DNA from: Antedon mediterranea
Lineage: Eukaryota; Animalia; Echinodermata
Assembly: GCF_964355755.1 (NCBI RefSeq)
Contig: NC_092676.1
Location: 23,454,871 to 23,518,870, forward strand
Direction: 5' to 3'
DNA: 64,000 nt
Shown here: positions 28,401-45,366 of the stretch, piece by piece
Layout of the letters: every line of letters starts with the position of its first letter
Position numbering within the stretch: position 1 is the stretch's first letter
Program-made: the position numbers and the translations under genes
Notes under the pieces: generated by a model
The model's input: only the letters and a program-made list of their open reading frames with translations
The model's database searches: none
What the model was told of the DNA's origin: nothing

Positions 28401-31400
28401 TGTGATACTATAGTAATGTATAACGATGTAATTTCAGTCCAAACAAGCGCTTCTTTATATAATGATCTTTTAGATAATAATTTCCTTGGTTACATACACG
28501 TTTGTTTTAACACATTACATCTGTTACCATGTGTATACAATGTGTAATGTGAAATACTAACGTATTTGGGATGATATAAAGGGCAATAATTAACTAGCAA
28601 CAACCCCAAGGCGAAACAATCAATTTGGTGCGCAAGTTCAACAGTTGATAACATAGTACAGCTTTTTGTACGCGCGCGTAAACTTTGTGTTTGCCGTACG
28701 TACGCGCGTTTGAGAAGTGATCAAAATGAAAATTACGCGAATAGGCTTACAGTTTAACGTTTAAACAACTACGCCAAGATAATTTTATGTAGAAAATGTT
28801 AATTTATATTTGCTAGGATATTGATTAAGTATTAAAATAATAACAATATGCAGATATAAAAATAAACATGCTAGGACTCACATGGTTACATTTTAGTAAT
28901 CTTAAAAATAGATAAATGTCATTTAGCTCGGAACTATAAAAGAATTAGAAATCTCTATAGAGTTTAGGCTGATGGATTTGTAAGGACTTAAGTCATAAGT
29001 CAATGAGTCGTATCATGGAAGGACTACATGGTTGTATGAATAGGACATGAAGTTCAAAAGTGGAAGGCTGGAAATGTATATGAATAAATATATATGTAAC
29101 AAAACATTAAGTCAAATGTTTTCCATTACAAAAACAAGCTTAAGTCAAAGTATAATACGCATGATTTAGAGTGTTTAAATACACCTCAGACGCAACACAT
29201 GGCATCTATTTCTAGTTCAGAAAAACTTTGGGTTTAAAGTGAAGTTAAGAATGGCACAAATACACATACACATAAAAATAATTCTTTAGATATTTTTAAC
29301 TGTAATTTTTCTCAATTTAAATGTATTATTAATGAAATTATTTAAATTTTCTTTTTAATTTGTATATATTTATATTGGCTCATTTTTTATAGTTTAGTTT
29401 TTATTTTCAACCTGTTATTGGTGTTTTACACTGTTGGTTTGATATAAAGAATAAAGAATACACAATACAGATACACACAGAACCTGGCATAGAAACAACA
29501 TTCATTTCAACAATTTGCCAATTAGGCATTTGGTGAAAAAGAGTCCTAACTTATAACCATTCTCAAATAAAATTAGATGAAATATAGTTTTACTGCTTGT
29601 GTTGTCGGCTTTACGTTTTCGAACGACGGTACGCCTATTTGAAAAAAAAAGATATAACACAGAATGCTGTCTGCAGTGGACAGGTGTTTAATTATAATAA
29701 ATCTGTTTGAAATTACATTTCTGGATAACCATTATGAAATCATCATCTAGGCCTTATATAATCATGAACATTTAATGAATTCTTATTATATACAAGTTTC
29801 AGGTAAGACTTAGACTTTCCCCAAGTTTGTAGTTATTGTATTTTTTATGTTAGTCCCAACAATCGGCGTTTCGATTTTCGTCCTAAAACTACAGTTTACG
29901 GGCTCAAGTAGTATACGTATGAAACGCCATATATGCCAAAATGTTTATCTTTTTACTAATATTAAGTCAAAAATCTGTCTAGAACCTAGACTAGGTCTAG
30001 CCGTAACACAAGAAGATTCTATAAGCGTACTACATTTCAAATAATATATAATTTTGTATAACCATCATTATGTCATCCACAACCATCAGTGTGTGTAACC
30101 TTAACACAGTTGTACAGTTTTATAAGAATAATAGTATGTTTCCACAATAATTCTTGTATCATCAATCCTCGTTAGCCGGCAAATGTTCGTTTACCACCGA
30201 ATATATTTGACATCGTCTGTGATTTATTTGAAGTTGAAGCACGACAACATACCATGGGGAGTTGCAATTAATGCACACGTCACTAATTTACCTAATTAAG
30301 GCGTCATAAAGTGTCACAGTTTGCTTCAGTAATTCTATACGCACAGTAGATCAATAGTAGTGTATGACAGGCCAACTTCGACAAAATGAAGACTATACAG
30401 AGGAAATAATTGACCCATGGGGAACTTATTTCTCCATGATCTACCTAAGCCAGTCTACACTAGACAACTTTACCAAACATTTGTTTGCAAACTTCCAATA
30501 TTTGGAAAGGTTCTCAGACTATGTTAATGGCTGTATTTTTGTCTACCTGTAATGTCACATGACTACAAAACTGTGATTTGCAGAAGTTATAAATTCCAGC
30601 AAAGTTTGTCAAGATTATGGCACACTTCTGCAAATTAGATTTCTGCAGTTTGCCCAAATGTGTCGACTGATCTACACTCAAATCTTTGCAACATGTTATT
30701 GCCAAACTCGGTGTTTGCTCAAGTTTCAAAATTAAAGTTTGTTAGTGTGATGCTAGTATAGACAGGTTCAGATCAGTTATCAACAGGAAACATGCAATGA
30801 TAACAATTTCTTCTCTATGGAATCCACTTTTGACTCTAAGTGAGTGAAATTATCTAAGAGTAGTTTAAAAACTCATTTATTGAGCAAATTTCAGGATTTT
30901 TTTGGAATTGGCGCTATATATATACATCATTCACATCATTTAAATTTCATACCTATTTTTGGTTGTTAAATAGAAATACTACTTTATTTCAGAATGTGTG
31001 TGACTCATGGAGATGTATTTCTACACTATATAAGACCTGGGCAGTTCGTAGATTCACCGGAATGGTTAGCAACTGATGGAACTAAACGGACATTTCAGGT
31101 AAAGCTCTCTACACTAGCCAATTTTAATTTGAAAATTTGAACAAACTACGAGTTTGGAAAGAAAGTTTTACAAAGTTTGCTAGTGTAGACTAGATGATAA
31201 ATGACAGCAAGCTGCAGGAAACTAGTTTGCAGAAGTTAGGCCGTGCACGTTCTTGACAAATGTAGTTTGCTGAGGTTTGCGAACTCAGCAAATCAACTGG
31301 TAGACCTACTTGGCAGTCGCGGTCCTTCACAAGTGGCAAATTCAGAGTTTGCAAACAAAAGTTCGATAAAGTTTGCTAGTGTACACGAGGCTTAAGCTCT

Positions 31401-32290
31401 GTCTTCACTAGCAAACTGTATGTAAAAAAAGATGTGCCTATATATGGAAATATCACTACCATATTTGGGCACATCTCACTCCAATTTGAGTCTAGACAGA
31501 GGTTAAGTTTGTCAACTGACACTAGTAACCTTTGGAACACTTCCCTTGATAAACTTGGAGTTTGCGAACAAAGTTTACATTAGCAAACTTTGCAAACTCA
31601 GGTTTCGGCAAAAATTGTTGGTGTATACCAATTGACAAAACTAGTTTGCAAAAGTTACGCCGTACCTTCTTGGCAAACTAGTATACTGATGTTTGTGAAC
31701 CAGGATGGTGTTATCATGTAGATGACAAAATAAGTCTAGTCTTGCAGTTTACAAACAGAAGTTTAGGTTCCTAATAAAAAGGAAACCGTCTGTGTAGATA
31801 GTATTTAAGAACCTCTCTAAACAGTGACAATTTAACTGACTGGGAAGGAACATGGTTGTTATGATGCTTGATAGTTCTTTTCTTGTTCTAGGTAACTATT
31901 ACTGCTGACGAAGACTGTCGATACGTCCAGTGGTCAAGAAGAAAGTTAGAATCCTTCCTTAAAAGAGAACCTTTCATGAAAGTGGTTATGCAGACTTGTG
32001 TTGGTAAAGATGTATCACAAAAGTTATACGCTATCAGTCAAGGCGAAAAACGGATGCCAAATGCCACACTCCGATCACCTTCTTCACTGGAAGAGCAAGA
32101 CGATGTGGAATGGATGAACGAGGATACGGGCTTGCTACGTCACAAATGGGAGCCAGTAGTAGACGATGATGACGAATTCAGACGTGATAGTGATCAAAGT
32201 GCAGCTTCGGCGGTCAACATTCGACAGAGCATCGCATCAGGAAGAGGTGTTGAGTCTACAAACGATGATGGCGCACATCGCACTGCATAG
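16438..32290 (+). CDS. BVES: Popeye domain-containing protein, BVES/POPDC1-like
   Basis: Exons 16438-16919 (MAEDEIYLNSPKVPCEDW...LAILSSGR, donor ag|gtaaga), 30993-31098 (MCVTHGDVFLHYIRPGQFVDSPEWLATDGTKRTFQ) and 31892-32290 (VTITADEDCRYVQWSRRKLESFLKREPF...VGKDVSQKLYAIS). About 328 aa. Same intron phases and same 106-nt middle exon as the upstream paralog. First intron is about 14 kb. Confidence 0.87.
16936..17200. repeat. Degenerate minisatellite (gaacctctattatgggggcac-type) inside a family F MITE
   Basis: About 10 imperfect cctatta...gggg units ending in ttcccatgaaacga. Confidence 0.8.
18700..18822. repeat. 33-bp tandem repeat with a CG-rich core
   Basis: cagcatttgaacgcgcgcgtcaattttcattat repeated about 3.5 times. 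Related sequence at about 9330-9380. Confidence 0.8.
23600..24146. mobile_element. Non-autonomous Kolobok-like DNA transposon
   Basis: TTAA|AGATGTATTGTCCC...GGGACAATACATCT|TTAA shows a TTAA TSD with AG/CT termini. Related copies at about 25869-26126, 41744-42034 and 47699-47907. Confidence 0.78.
26737..27370 (+). mobile_element. Helentron/DINE-1-like non-autonomous element; second copy at 9663-10049
   Basis: 5' acgctgctgct and subterminal agc(g/a)agcagcgt form asymmetric inverted repeats. A 3' hairpin a(g/a)gaaatatt(t)ctt is followed by gttt. Inserted in a T-run with no TSD. Confidence 0.7.
30447..31760. mobile_element. Cluster of related Harbinger-type MITEs (family C) around exon 2 of the BVES-like gene
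   Basis: Repeated tacactag(c/a)caaactt...aagtttgctagtgta termini and tttgcaaac motifs at about 30447-30767, 31102-31393 and 31500-31760. Confidence 0.6.
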
Positions 32291-33346
32291 CCGTTCCCAT
32301 TTTTCACCGCATGTATATTCATTGCATGGTAACAGGTTCACTTTAGTGTGATGCATGTAACTCAAGGGTTCCCAAAGGGGGAACTATTTGGCACGGTCAC
32401 TCGTGTAAACTATCAAAAATTGTTTCCCAAAACGGCAATGTAATCGTACCGTGCGCAAACAAAACCTTATCTAGACGCAAATAGGCTTTAGACCAACACA
32501 AAATTTCTCAAAATATATAAATTAGGTATAACTTTACGCTAAAGCTCTGTTCAAGGACGTGAAGCTTTGTTCCCACTAAGACGCAACGCAAGGACATAAA
32601 CCGCAACGACGTAAGACGCTACGCAAGCGTTTCGCCCAGCGGGTTCGCCCAGTGGGAACCAAGCTTAAGCGCAAATCATCTCATCGTGATTGGTCAATTA
32701 CTTGTGTTGAGTTTCGTCCTAGTGGGAAACAAGCTTTTAACTTTTTTTTCGGGGTTTACTTTACAATAAACTGACTGCCCGCCAACTGGTTCAATACAAA
32801 ATGATTGAAACAATAATCACGTATAGAGCGCTGTATTTCTGATTCAGCATTTTCTTATGAATTGGACTCTGTCAGAATTGATATTTTGTATACATGCCTC
32901 GAGGCATGAAAGTTCTATATTCCGAACATATATAATTATCGTCCCACAGACAATACGTTTTGATTACTTTCCATGACGTTGAAAGCAGCAACATGAAATA
33001 CATTAATGCAGATGAGAGCACGCACGAGCGGTCACGCGCGCGTAAATGACTGCGCATTTTCGGCGAAATATGTATTAGTCGTCACATGACCAAACTTAAT
33101 TACGATTATTACAGTATAATTAGCTTCAACATGCATTGCTACGATTTACGGCAGCTAGGAGACACATTCGGGACCCAGCAAACTTGTCCCCTTAATTGTT
33201 TCTTCTGAATAATTTGGCCTTATAAGGGTATCAAATGGAAAAGTGAAATTATTATTATAATCTAGCACGACGTCATTGCGTACAGAAAAATAATCATCCA
33301 TGCGTATTAACCAAAATGTTTGATTTTTATGAAAACACACGCGTAA

Positions 33347-33472
33347 AGCTCTGTCTACACTATCAAAGTTTATGTGACAAAAAAAATATGAACATGATGA
33401 TGTCATATCACTACCATACTTGGGCACATCACACTTTTTTTGTCACACTAGTTTGATAGTGTAGACAGAGCT
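33347..33472. mobile_element. MITE family B full copy
   Basis: Near-perfect TIRs, taa/tta flanks. Confidence 0.85.
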
Positions 33473-36261
33473 TTAAGCTTATGGCTACGATAAAACCCCG
33501 ACAAGCCCTCATCGAGACTTATACGAACATCGATTCCACTGTATATAATAAGCCATATATATTAATAAATGCTGCTATGCAAGTTTCACGTAGAGGTAAA
33601 ATCCATCAATAAAGGTAATATTACTAGCTACAAATAATTCGATATAAAATATTTCAAATATCGAATTATTTGGCTTACACGGATTTTGTTAAAAACTATT
33701 TCAGCATGCACAAATACATGTGACATTTAAAAATCGATATATTCTTAATTGTGAAGTAACGGTACCGTAAATATTTTACCATATTTAATAATTAATTTTT
33801 CTGACCTTATTGCCTTATTGTGTATTCATAAACGAGTTTGTTTATACGAACGCAGTGATATTTAGGTTGAAATGTTGATACAAGGATGTAATCATATAAT
33901 AATTACTATAATTCAGTGTCACGGTCCATATGGAAAATACCATGAAGTACACAATTCAAATACTGAAAACCATATGGTTCTGTTATATTTCTAGGTTTAA
34001 TGCCATTGGTCATGCCCAATAAATTGTTGCGTATTTAAATTGTACCACAGTACACAAGCGTAACGAATATACACATAAAATTGCGCTATGATACTACGAC
34101 TACCCTAAATTCAGAGATTAGCATCAATAATGCTACATGTATGAATTTTATTAGATCATATTATTTTATCGTTCACGATTCGAGCAAAAATCGCGTTGTA
34201 TTGTAAATGTCAAAAAAGATTTTCTATACATTCTGCACTTTATGTTAGTGAACACCTTTTATATTTTAAACGTTTCAATCTGCCTTTTCCTACTTTATTT
34301 TGTAGTGCACGTTTTAGATTGTAATGAAATATCCATATATACATTTCACATAAAGTCGTATCGTGTAAATACATTCGCCATCATGCCGTCGTCCTTTTAT
34401 AAGACCTGTAATCACGTCCCGCGCACGCACACCGTCATTACCTACCGATTCGCATTCTATTCATCCCGACACGTGCTTGAAACACAACCCCCCATCCCTC
34501 CCTGAGCCTATACAAAATAAAAGTTCCACTACTTTCTTTCCAATGTTCAACACAATACAAATGCTAAGATTGTGTATATCGCAGTGTGTATATATACAAA
34601 TCATATTTATTATTACAATATTCTAATATACTTGGCAGATTTGATTGATTTTGCAAAGGTCTTTAATAGTTTAATGATCTATACTTAATTAATGTTAACC
34701 ATTGCCAATTCTAGATCACTCGCCATACCCTAGGGCAATGTCAATGTCAACTGTTATAAAACTATCTTTCCAAGTCTTCCAACACACCATCATATCGTAA
34801 AAGGTAGAAAACTCCAAATTTCTAAACATTCATTTCGTCTTATTTTTATAGGTGAAATGTTGGCTAGAAATCACGTGATGACACCATTTGGAAGTTTTTC
34901 CGAACATGTAACATCTGTGTAATCAGACGATAACTGGTCATTGCAAAAAAAGAAAAAGATCTTTCTTGAAAAGTTACCAGTAAGGACGCGCTGGTGTGAA
35001 ACTATGGGTTCATTTCTGTTAAGAACACCAACGGACGAAAACAGTTATGATTCCAGATGACGGTCGGTCGGTCTGTCCGGTCGTCTAGTTCTAAGTTGTA
35101 CAGATTTTTGAATGAATTTGAGATTTTGTGGATTGCTGAAACGTGTATGTATTCAATTTGTAGCCACGAGTAAAGTATGACGGTGAAACCGATAAATCAG
35201 CTAGACATGACTTGATATATTTAACACTATCAAAGATTTATTCATCAACATTTTGATTTATATTTTTTTGCCATTTTTTAAAGCAAAAAACACATTTTAA
35301 ACTTTTATTTAGAATTTGTGTGACATTGGTATCGATTGGATTAAAGTTTATATTTTTTTTTCAATTTATTTATAAACTCAATTATTTCTCTATATTAAGT
35401 AGGCCTAAACGAGGTTCACAAATAAAGCATTCCATTTTCGTGAGTTCGTTTGGTAAAATTTCAGTTACAAATTCAGAAAGAAATTACGGCGTTTTACCAC
35501 CCCTAAACTGCCCTAGCTACATTGTTTTTAAAATCCTAACTCTTGTCTAGGCCGAATCTACACACCTAACACAAGCAATGGTTTCTTCGGAAATTGTCAT
35601 CGTAAAAATAAATTATCTATTCATGTTTAAAATAATTGCCAAATAACATAGGCCTATAATCAGAATTGGTTTTTTTTAAATGATAAAAAAATCATGGCTT
35701 TGGACAAGTATACATGGTGTAACTCCACTTCAAATTGTGCTATAGCCCCTAAGCTAATTTGGGCGTATACTACAATACAGTAATTTAAATACAAGGAACG
35801 CACTCCTCCTATGCAATATTTTCTTGTATATCTATAGTGTAAAATTCGATCAAACTATAATATTTAAATTCATGTTAAAGGGATACGGATGCAATGTACA
35901 CTTTTAAAAGTTATATCCTAACATATTTAGCATGAATATCATATAAATATAAACTTACACTATGATTATTAATTAAATTATATAAAGCAATAATAATATG
36001 GAAACTGTATATTTACTAAATATTTAAGACATTTATTCTCCTATAAATGTCGCTCTGGGTTTATTTATATTTTTTATTGCTTTTTAAAAAAAATATTTAA
36101 AGATCTATTTGCGATGCAGTGATTGTTGTGATAACTGTCTTGTTATACGTTAACTTGTATTATTCTCTATACATTAATGCAGTATAAGAACCCTCTATTA
36201 GGGGACATCTTCAAAGTGTCACCTTAACAAAGCGTGTTCCATGAACAGGGTTTGTGCTTTA

Positions 36262-38500
36262 TAGCGTTAAAACATATTGTCCCTGATTTGCTTAAAGGGA
36301 AAGTGTCCCTCTAATAATGGTGTTCCCTAAATAGGGGTTGGGTTTAGCGTTAAAACATATTGTCCCTGATTTGCTTAAAGGGAAAGTGTCCCTCTAATAA
36401 TGGTGTTCCCTGAATAGGGGTTGGGTTTAGTGTTAATACATATTGTCCCTCATTTGCTTAAAGGGAAAGTGTCCCTCTAATAATGGTGTTCCCTGAATAG
36501 GGGTTGGGTTTAGCGTTAAAACATATTGTCCCTGATTTGCTTAAAGGGAAAGTGTCCCTCTAATAATGGTGTTCCCTGAATAGGGGTTGGGTTTAGTGTT
36601 AATACATATTGTCCCTCATTTGCTTAAAGGGAAAGTGTCCCTCTAATAATGGTGTTCCCTGAATAGGGGTTGGGTTTAGCGTTAAAACATATTGTCCCTC
36701 ATTTGCTTAAAGGGAAAGTGTCCCTCTAATAATGGTGTTCCCTGAATAGGGGTTGGGTTTAGTGTTAATACATATTGTCCCTCATTTGCTTAAAGGGAAA
36801 GTGTCCCTCTAATAATGGTGTTCCCTGAATAGGGGTTGGGTTTAGTGTTAATACATATTGTCCCTCATTTGCTTAAAGGGAAAGTGTCCCTCTAATAATG
36901 GTGTTCCCTAAATAGGGGTTGGGTTTAGTGTTAAAACATATTGTCCCTCATTTGCTTAAAGGGAAAGTGTCCCTCTAATAATGGTGTTCCCTGAATAGGG
37001 GTTGGGTTTAGTGTTAATACATATTGTCCCTCATTTGCTTAAAGGGAAAGTGTCCCTCTAATAATGGTGTTCCCTGAATAGGGGTTGGGTTTAGTGTTAA
37101 TACATATTGTCCCTCATTTGCTTAAAGGGAAAGTGTCCCTCTAATAATGGTGTTCCCTGAATAGGGGTTGGGTTTAGTGTTAATACATATTGTCCCTCAT
37201 TTGCTTAAAGGGAAAGTGTCCCTCTAATAATGGTGTTCCCTGAATAGGGGTTGGGTTTAGTGTTAATACATATATTGTCCCTCATTTGCTTAAAGGGAAA
37301 GTGTCCCTCTAATAATGGTGTTCCCTGAATAGGGGTTGGGTTTAGTGTTAATACATATATTGTCCCTCATTTGCTTAATGGGAAAGTGTCCCTCTAATAA
37401 TGGTGTTCCCTGAATAGGGGTTGGGTTTAGTGTTAATACATATATTGCCCCTCATTTGCTTAAAGGGAAAGTGTCCCTCTAATAAGGGTGTTCCCTGAAT
37501 AGGGGTTGGGTTTAGCGTTAAAACATTATATTGCCCCTCATTTGCTTAAAGGGAAAGTGTCCTCTAATAATGGTGTTCCCTGAATAGGGGTTGGGTTTAG
37601 TGTTAATACATATATTTCCCCTCATTTGCTTAAAGGGAAAGTGTCCCTCTAATAATGGTGTTCCCTGAATAGGGGTTGGGTTTAGTGTTAATACATATAT
37701 TGTCCCTCATTTGCTTAAGGGAAAGTGTCCCTCTAATAATGGTGTTCCCTGAATAGGGGTTGGGTTTAGTGTTAATACATATATTGCCCCTCATTTGCTT
37801 AAGGTAAAGTGTCCTCTAATAAGGGTGTTCCCTGAATAGGGGTTGGGTTTAGCGTTAAAACATTATATTGCCCCTGATTTGCTTAAGGGAAAGTGTCCTC
37901 TAATAAGGGTATTCCCTGAATAGGGGTTGGGTTTAGCGTTAAAACATATATTGCCCCTCATTTGCTTAAGGTAAAGTGTCCTCTAATAAGGGTGTTCCCT
38001 GAATAGGGGTTGGGTTTAGCGTTAAAACATATATTGCCCCTCATTTGCTTAAGGTAAAGTGTCCTCTAATAAGGGTGTTCCCTGAATAGGGGTTGGGTTT
38101 AGTGTTAAAACATATATTTCCCCTCATTTGCTTAAGGTAAAGTGTCCTCTAATAAGGGTGTTCCCTGAATAGGGGTTGGGTTTAGTGTTAATACATATAT
38201 TGCCCCTCATTTGCTTAAGGGAAAGTGTCCTCTAATAAGGGTGTTCCCTGAATAGGGGTTGGGTTTAGCGTTAAAACATATATTGCCCCTCATTTGCTTA
38301 AGGTAAAGTGTCCTCTAATAAGTGTGTTCCCTGAATAGGGGTTGGGTTTAGTGTTAAAACATATATTTCCCCTCATTTGCTTAAGGTAAAGTGTCCTCTA
38401 ATAAGGGTGTTCCCTGAATAGGGGTTGGGTTTAGTGTTAATACATATATTGCCCCTCATTTGCTTAAGAGGAAAGTGCCCCCTAATAGGGGTTTCCGCTG
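36262..38500. repeat. 83-bp minisatellite array, about 27 copies
   Basis: Unit gtccctcatttgcttaaagggaaagtgtccctctaataatggtgttccctgaataggggttgggtttagtgttaatacatatt starts at 36279, 36362, 36445 and so on. It is flanked by family F-like ends (aaccctctattaggggacatc at 36189). Confidence 0.97.
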
Positions 38501-39699
38501 AATAGGGATGTACCTGTTCTATTGTACAATAGTTTACCATTAATATTATTTAACATTTTGCATATTCGTATCAATAACATTGTTTCATAATTTCAAATGA
38601 ACAACTTTCTTTTTCTAATTCTGTTTTTTTTTGTATTCTTTTCGTGACGTGTTTTTATCATAAATACACTCACGACTTTTGATTATATTTTAGTGGATAG
38701 AGTGAACTGACATTATAAGTGTGCATTATATTTTGTCATTATAAATGATTTTTAACAAAAATAAAACTGTATCTCTTGACCAATCCGTGTAAATTCCTAT
38801 TTAAAACTCCTCAAAGCCTAACTAATAGGAATCGCTGATAACGGTATTAAAATATGAGCTAGTATTTTAAATACATCACTATTATATAATAGTGTACAAC
38901 CAATCAGCCATGAGTATAACGTATAAACTACTTACGTAATATTTAATGTAAATTAACAGTTATTTATAATTCTAGATCATAAAGTCATTACTACATTTTT
39001 TATAAGCAATGTAATAAATATTTACTACTATAACAAATACGCTGTTTTTATCATTAATGTTAATAAATTCAATACAGGAACTGGTTTTGTAATCGATTTT
39101 ATCTTTCATTACTTTTGAATTGCTCATTTTTTTAAATAAATATTAGTAGCGTGGGCTTAGAAAAGTATTTTGGATGTAGAGGAAATGAAATATATAAAGC
39201 TCTGTTTATGCTATCAAACTACTTTGACAAAAAAAAAGTGTGATGTTCCCAAATATGGTAGTGATATGATGTAATTGCATCCATTATGGGCACAACACAT
39301 TTTGTTGTCACATAAAGTTTGATAGTGTAGACGAAGCATTTTTTAAATTTTCATATGCATCCAAAAGCGAGTAACTCGCCAGGATGGATAAACTATTTTA
39401 TAATTTATCATGCTTATAAACTAATTCTCATTTGAGGCTTAGGGAGTGGAGTTGGAAGAGTCATAAGTCACAACCCTGGCACTAGGTCAGGGATTAGAAG
39501 GCAAGCACGTTGACCACCAAGCTACAGCTCCACTACGAGTTGTATATCATCATCTACTTGAGTATATCATCATAAAACCGTGCAACGTTTTTTAAACAGA
39601 ACACAAACATTAATGCTCTTCAACTTTTTCCAAAAATTACCTTTAATTCAAATGCATTTCACCAAGTGATTTTTTTTCAACAAATGCTTACATGTATAA

Positions 39700-40158
39700 A
39701 GCTCTGTCTACAGGTATCAAACTACTTGACAAAAAAAAAGTGTCATGTGCCCAAATGTGGTAGTGATATAGCCAAATATGGTAGTGATATAGCCAAATAT
39801 GGTAGTGATATGACATCATCATGTACATATATGGGCACATCACACTTTTTTGTCACAAAGTTTGATGTAGTGTAGATAGAGCTTTATCATTGTTATTGCT
39901 TGACGGGTATTTGATTTGTGTAGACAACGCTTATGGGGACACTTTGTTGGCTCACAAAGGTTGATTCTACTGTGTAATGACGACTCTAAAGCTCTGTCTA
40001 CACTATCAAACATTGACAAAAAAGAAGTGTCATGTGCCTAAATATGGTAGTGATATGACATCATCATGTACATATATGGCCACATTACATTTTTTTGTCA
40101 CAAAGTTTGATGTAGTGTAGATAGAGCTTTATCATTGTTATTGCTTGACGGGTATTTA
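39700..40158. repeat. Tandem duplication of a family B MITE plus its right flank
   Basis: 39700-39912 and 39990-40158 share the MITE, a diagnostic tgatgtagtgtagata variant and the flank tatcattgttattgcttgacgggtattt. Confidence 0.8.
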
Positions 40159-40587
40159 AGTAGAACATTAAAAAGTGATATAAGATTAAAATGAAAGACT
40201 GTGATTATGCCAATGCTTATTGGAAAGTATATATAGGCATATACATAATATTGAATTCAATTATGGATTTTCCACATTTAATTTATGAAGAATTAAATGT
40301 GAAGTCTAATTTATTTATATAAAATGAGTTGATTATTCTTTCTGTCTATATTTTTTACAAATATATTTCAACTTTTCCAAGAATTTTATAAAATAAAAAT
40401 AATTAACTTGATTCTATTCATTTTATGAATATTGTCATTTTTAATGAGTAGTACTGCTCAAAATTAAAATTTACTACTGCTGTATGAAAATCAAATTTTC
40501 AAATATGTATTATTTCATGTCCATTCTGTCTACTGTATTTTCATAGATATACTGTAGATTAAACTTACAAACTGTCAGTGAAACAAT

Positions 40588-44263
<3,676 letters not shown>

Positions 44264-44569
44264 ATTTCTTCAGTGACTAAGTTTTTAGGCCCCGACTTAG
44301 GCCCTGTGTGTTATAAATATTGGAAGGAGTTGAGATTAACTTTGATATTTTTGTTCCATGTGTGACACGGAGGTATATTCAGAGCGTCAGACTGGAGCAT
44401 TCTCGACTTCTCTACGGAGCGCCATTTATGCCTTTATTAACTTCAATAATAGAAGTAGTACTACGGTAACTGCTCAAGTGGACCCAATTTAGCACCAGGG
44501 ATATAAAATAGAAATAAAAGTCACTACTTTTAATATCGTTTCGTATATACCCATATCACAAACTGACAA

Positions 44570-44950
44570 ACATTAACATCTTGGCATTCACATTGATTTA
44601 AATTTATCTTTTTCTTTTTCTTTTCATGTAAATAAACTACGTTCCAAACTGGGCTTGTCCATCTCCATCTTATCGCGTGCTCGGTCATTTAATTAATAAA
44701 CACGCATCCATACTCCTCTATAACACTATAATCCTCCCACACGTTGACTATTGATGTAGTGTTTGGGGAATCAGATCGAATATTGACCGAATACAGACCA
44801 ATCAAAATAGAGCATTTCGCATTATCCTTAAAGCTCATCCTCTCACGATCACACCACGAACTAACATTTACAACACCTTAAATCTTCATACAGTCCAAGA
44901 TCGCATGCATCTACAACTGGGCTGCCTTGCCTACAGGTCTGCAAATGGTC
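44570..44950 (+). mobile_element. Decayed LINE (CR1/L2 group) reverse-transcriptase C-terminal fragment
   Basis: Translates with stops as HLGIHIDLNLSF..HVNKLRSKLGLSISILSRARSF / LLYNTIILPHVDY*CSVWG..IQTNQNRAFRIIL. Confidence 0.75.
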
Positions 44951-45109
44951 TTCCCACAGCACATGTGCACACTCATTTGCATAACAAACGCACGGCATAC
45001 CAAACTACGATGAGATAAAATTAATTCTCTTCTAAACACGTAACGAAGAGAATTAATTCCCTTTTTTTTTTACATTAAAATAAATTGAGGACGCTAAACA
45101 TAAAATTTA

Positions 45110-45366
45110 AACCACCAACGCAGTTGGCGAGAGCCAAAACAAAAGATGGTATATGTGCTCTCCCTGCCTCAGCACTAAGGCCCTGCCACAGCCTTTTGGG
45201 GTCGTTTCCACGACATCACCAGATGCATTGATGTTGTCGCCTCATGATCTGTGAACCCCAAACACAGTGGCTCGCATAGTCTTAACTCTATTCCACCGAC
45301 CGTGGGAATCGAACCCACGACATACGTGTTGTTAACACGACGCTCAGACGACTGAGCTAACTGATC
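45110..45366 (-). mobile_element. tRNA-derived SINE; second copy at about 46400-46670
   Basis: Head GATCAGTTAGCTCAGTCGTCTGAGCGTCGTGTTAACAACACGTATGTCGTGGGTTCGATTCCCACGG has A and B boxes but no closed acceptor stem, followed by a non-tRNA body. Part of a direct repeat, 44952-45540 and 46252-46755. Confidence 0.7.

Noticed and set aside
17200-30400. Nested gene in the 14-kb intron
   Set aside because: Only short, low-complexity ORFs and repeat remnants; no coherent exon chain was found on either strand.
36262-38500. CRISPR-like or telomeric array
   Set aside because: Units are contiguous near-identical repeats with no unique spacers and no cas genes. The ggggttgggtttag segment is not a TTAGGG tract.
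45294-45366. Functional tRNA gene
   Set aside because: A and B boxes are present but the acceptor stem does not close, and a repeat body follows; treated as a SINE head.
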